Shown: positions 62,757-64,000 of the stretch, in pieces | How the letters are laid out: each line of letters begins with the position of its first letter | Numbering within the stretch: position 1 is the stretch's first letter | Assembly: GCA_031835245.2 (NCBI GenBank) | Contig: JAVKOQ020000024.1 | Coordinates: 186,001-250,000, forward strand | DNA from: Balamuthia mandrillaris | Taxonomy: Eukaryota | DNA: 64,000 nt | Direction: 5' to 3' | Notes under the pieces: model-generated | Databases searched by the model: none | Told to the model about the DNA's origin: nothing | The model's input: the letters and a program-made list of their open reading frames with translations, nothing else | Program-made: the position numbers and the translations under genes

Positions 62757-64000
62757 TTGTTTCAACAAAGGAGGAAATGCGGCTACTTCCTCAGCTGCAA
62801 CCACCACAGCCACAACAACGGGTGTGGCCGCTGGATACCCCTACTACCCTGCCTATGACTGGTCCGCCACGGGTTGGAATGCCTACGGCGCCTGGTCAGT
62901 CCCTCTATTCTCTTCTTCTGCTCGTCTTCTCACTGGTGAAACAAACGCATTTGCATCCATACGTACATACCTACAGGGGATCTCCCGTTTCTCCGGACGC
63001 TGCGGCAGCCTACAGCCAATACTATGCTCAATGGGCACCACAGACCGCCGCTGCTTGGACTACCACCACCACGCCTGCCACAACTCACACTACTCCGTGA
63101 GTCCTCCTTATCTCTCTCTCTTCTCTTCATCATCGTTCTCTTCATCTCTTCTCTTCTCTTCTCTTCTCTTCTCTTCTCTTCTCTTCTCTTCTCTTCTCTT
63201 CTCTTCTCTTCTCTTCTCTTCTCTTCTCTTCTCTTCTCTTCTCTTCTCTTCTCTTCTCTTCTCTTCTCTTCTCTTCTCTTCTCTTCTCTTTCTCTTCTCT
63301 TCTCTTCTTCTTCTCTTCTCTTCTCTTCTCTTCTCTTCTCTTCTCTTCTCTTCTCTTCTCTTCTCTTCTCTTCTCTTCTCTTCTCTTCTCTCTCCTTTTT
63401 TTTCTGCTGGTCTTCTCGTTTTTTCTCTCTCTCTCTCGCTCAATTGCTCTCTCATTCTCTCATTTCTTTCCTCTTGCTGGTGGCTTGGTCAATTTTACGT
63501 TTGTTGTTTGGGTTTTCAGTGCTACCACTGCACATACACAACCTGCCGTTGCCACGTATCAGACTGCTGCTTCTTATCAGCAACCGCCATCCACTACCAC
63601 CTCTTCCGTCTCTTCAACAACTGAACTCTACGACCCTTCATGCCCTACGGATACCTCTGCATCCCGTTCGTTATTCCTTCTTGTTGTTATACTTTGTTGC
63701 TTCTTTCGGTAACTCTTGCTTGCTTAACAGCTTCAGCACCAGAATATCTCAGCGCAAGCAAGGTGAGTTTTCAAATGCGTCCCAGCAAGCCCACCCATGC
63801 TCACACGTATACCCCGTAAGTTATTTTATTTTTTTCGTTGTTTTCTTTCTTACTTATGTTTACTGTTTCCCTTCTCCTTTAAGACAATCGTCAGCAACAA
63901 CCACAACGCAACAACCACAACAACAACAGCAGCAAACCACAACAAGTTCCAGCAGCACACAAGGGTGGCCACCCTCTCTCCGAAACTACGTGGAACGGGC
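62571..64000 (+). CDS. LENG8: LENG8/THP3 (SAC3/GANP family)-like protein, 5' partial
   Basis: Tyr/Gln/Thr-rich low-complexity exons splice in frame to GWPPSLRNYVERA at the window edge. This matches the WPxxL/MxxYVER motif of LENG8/Thp3. Confidence 0.6.
63146..63391 (+). repeat. (CTCTT)n intronic microsatellite, ~250 bp
   Basis: Pentamer array in an intron of the LENG8-like gene. Confidence 0.95.

Noticed and set aside
1..64000. Transposons, viral insertions or rRNA
   Set aside because: I recognised no transposase, reverse transcriptase, integrase or capsid motifs, terminal repeats or rRNA-like sequence.

Overview
Gene-dense, intron-rich eukaryotic DNA. The gene content and introns full of CT/CTT microsatellites suggest a free-living amoebozoan such as a Balamuthia/Acanthamoeba relative (inference). 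By hand-splicing GT-AG introns I find about 21 protein-coding genes: WDR89 (3' end), an M20 peptidase, an RPEL/RhoGAP-like/RasGEF protein, a cyclin J-like protein, an ankyrin-STE20 kinase, a 71-aa orphan, GTF3C4, a USP, a GATA factor, a MICAL-type monooxygenase, PSME4/PA200, a frameshifted BTB-TLDc gene, a SETD6-like methyltransferase, an aldo-keto reductase, a 76-aa orphan, a CAP-C/WH2/sirtuin fusion, XRCC3, a GBA2-like GH116, a LIMK/TESK-like kinase, DNAJC2 and LENG8/THP3 (5' end). There is also one tRNA-like gene with an aberrant anticodon loop. The most notable items are three unusual actin-linked architectures: a MICAL monooxygenase with an N-terminal membrane anchor and a ~200-residue ER/K single-alpha-helix, a class IV sirtuin fused to a CAP-C beta-helix and a WH2 motif, and an RPEL motif joined to an arginine-finger-less RhoGAP and a RasGEF. 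Two recurring promoter motifs (TGTCGACA and YCRKGACGACVYGA) also stand out. All family calls rest on recalled motifs, not database searches, and exon boundaries are approximate.
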